64,000 nt of DNA from Azolla caroliniana. Its lineage: Eukaryota > Plantae > Polypodiophyta. The DNA lies in the NCBI GenBank assembly GCA_043228905.1, contig JBHGNT010000011.1, positions 6,944,001-7,008,000 on the forward strand, given 5' to 3'. Both the position numbers and the translations under genes were made by a program. The notes under the pieces are model-generated. The model saw only the letters and a list, made by a program, of their open reading frames with translations, had not been told where the DNA came from and did no database searches. Shown piece after piece: positions 63,591-64,000 of the stretch. How positions within the stretch are numbered: the first letter of the stretch is position 1; each line of letters begins with the position of its first letter.

Positions 63591-64000
63591 TCAACATCAT
63601 ATGCAAAACGGCCATGAGATAAGCGTGTGCGATTAGAGCAAACACGCTCGACCCAATGCACAAGAATAATTATTATCGTAAGAGTTCAAGAGAGGAGAGA
63701 GTGGGATATATATCGCAATATGCAAAAGGCCATGAGTTGAGCGTGTGCGATTAGTGCAAACACGCTCGGCCCGATGCATAATAATAAGTAAAATTGTAGC
63801 GTAGTAGGAGGTAGAAAGAAAGAGAATAAAACGTAATACCAATTTGATTCGACCATAAAGAACGCATAATAGAAAAAGAGAAGAGATCAAAAAAGAAGAA
63901 TACCGGGTTTAGAGTGTTGTTTTGATCCTGAGAAGAGCATGACGAGCCTTGTTAGATCCCCCTCGCTCACACGCAAAAAACATCAAAACAACAAAAAAAT

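Larger units (their letters stand above)
57402..64000 (-). mobile_element. Chromovirus Ty3/gypsy element (3' LTR 57402-57883, long 5' leader, 5' LTR outside the window)
   Basis: PPT GAAGTAGGGGAA; single gag-pol with a chromodomain. Confidence 0.9.

Overview
This is a eukaryotic nuclear, transposon-saturated window from a land plant, probably a fern or other non-flowering vascular plant (inferred from the nad4 intron set, the heavy editing requirement and the retroelement lineages). It has no ordinary host gene. It is a nest of about 12 LTR retrotransposons or fragments (Ty1/copia and Ty3/gypsy) and also holds a ~8-kb mitochondrial insertion (nad4 with group II introns and a maturase remnant) split by a copia element, plus two degenerate tRNA-Asp copies. 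The most notable content lies at ~31.3-47.6 kb and becomes visible only after two nested LTR elements are removed. A spliced minus-strand gene encodes a ParB-like domain fused to a prokaryote/phage-type beta-class amino (N6A/N4C) DNA methyltransferase (DIPY...W-x-K...NPYQKP...DLFS.TxTT). It sits head-to-head with a Sola-like DDD transposase that has a C-terminal BAH-like domain, and a flip/flop palindrome array lies in the methyltransferase's predicted first intron. This looks like a DNA transposon carrying its own epigenetic writer and reader; this copy is decayed. Other oddities: tRNA-like Pol III A/B-box modules embedded antisense in the U3 of three different LTRs, and a gypsy element whose polypurine tract is replaced by a copy of a tRNA-Arg 3' end.
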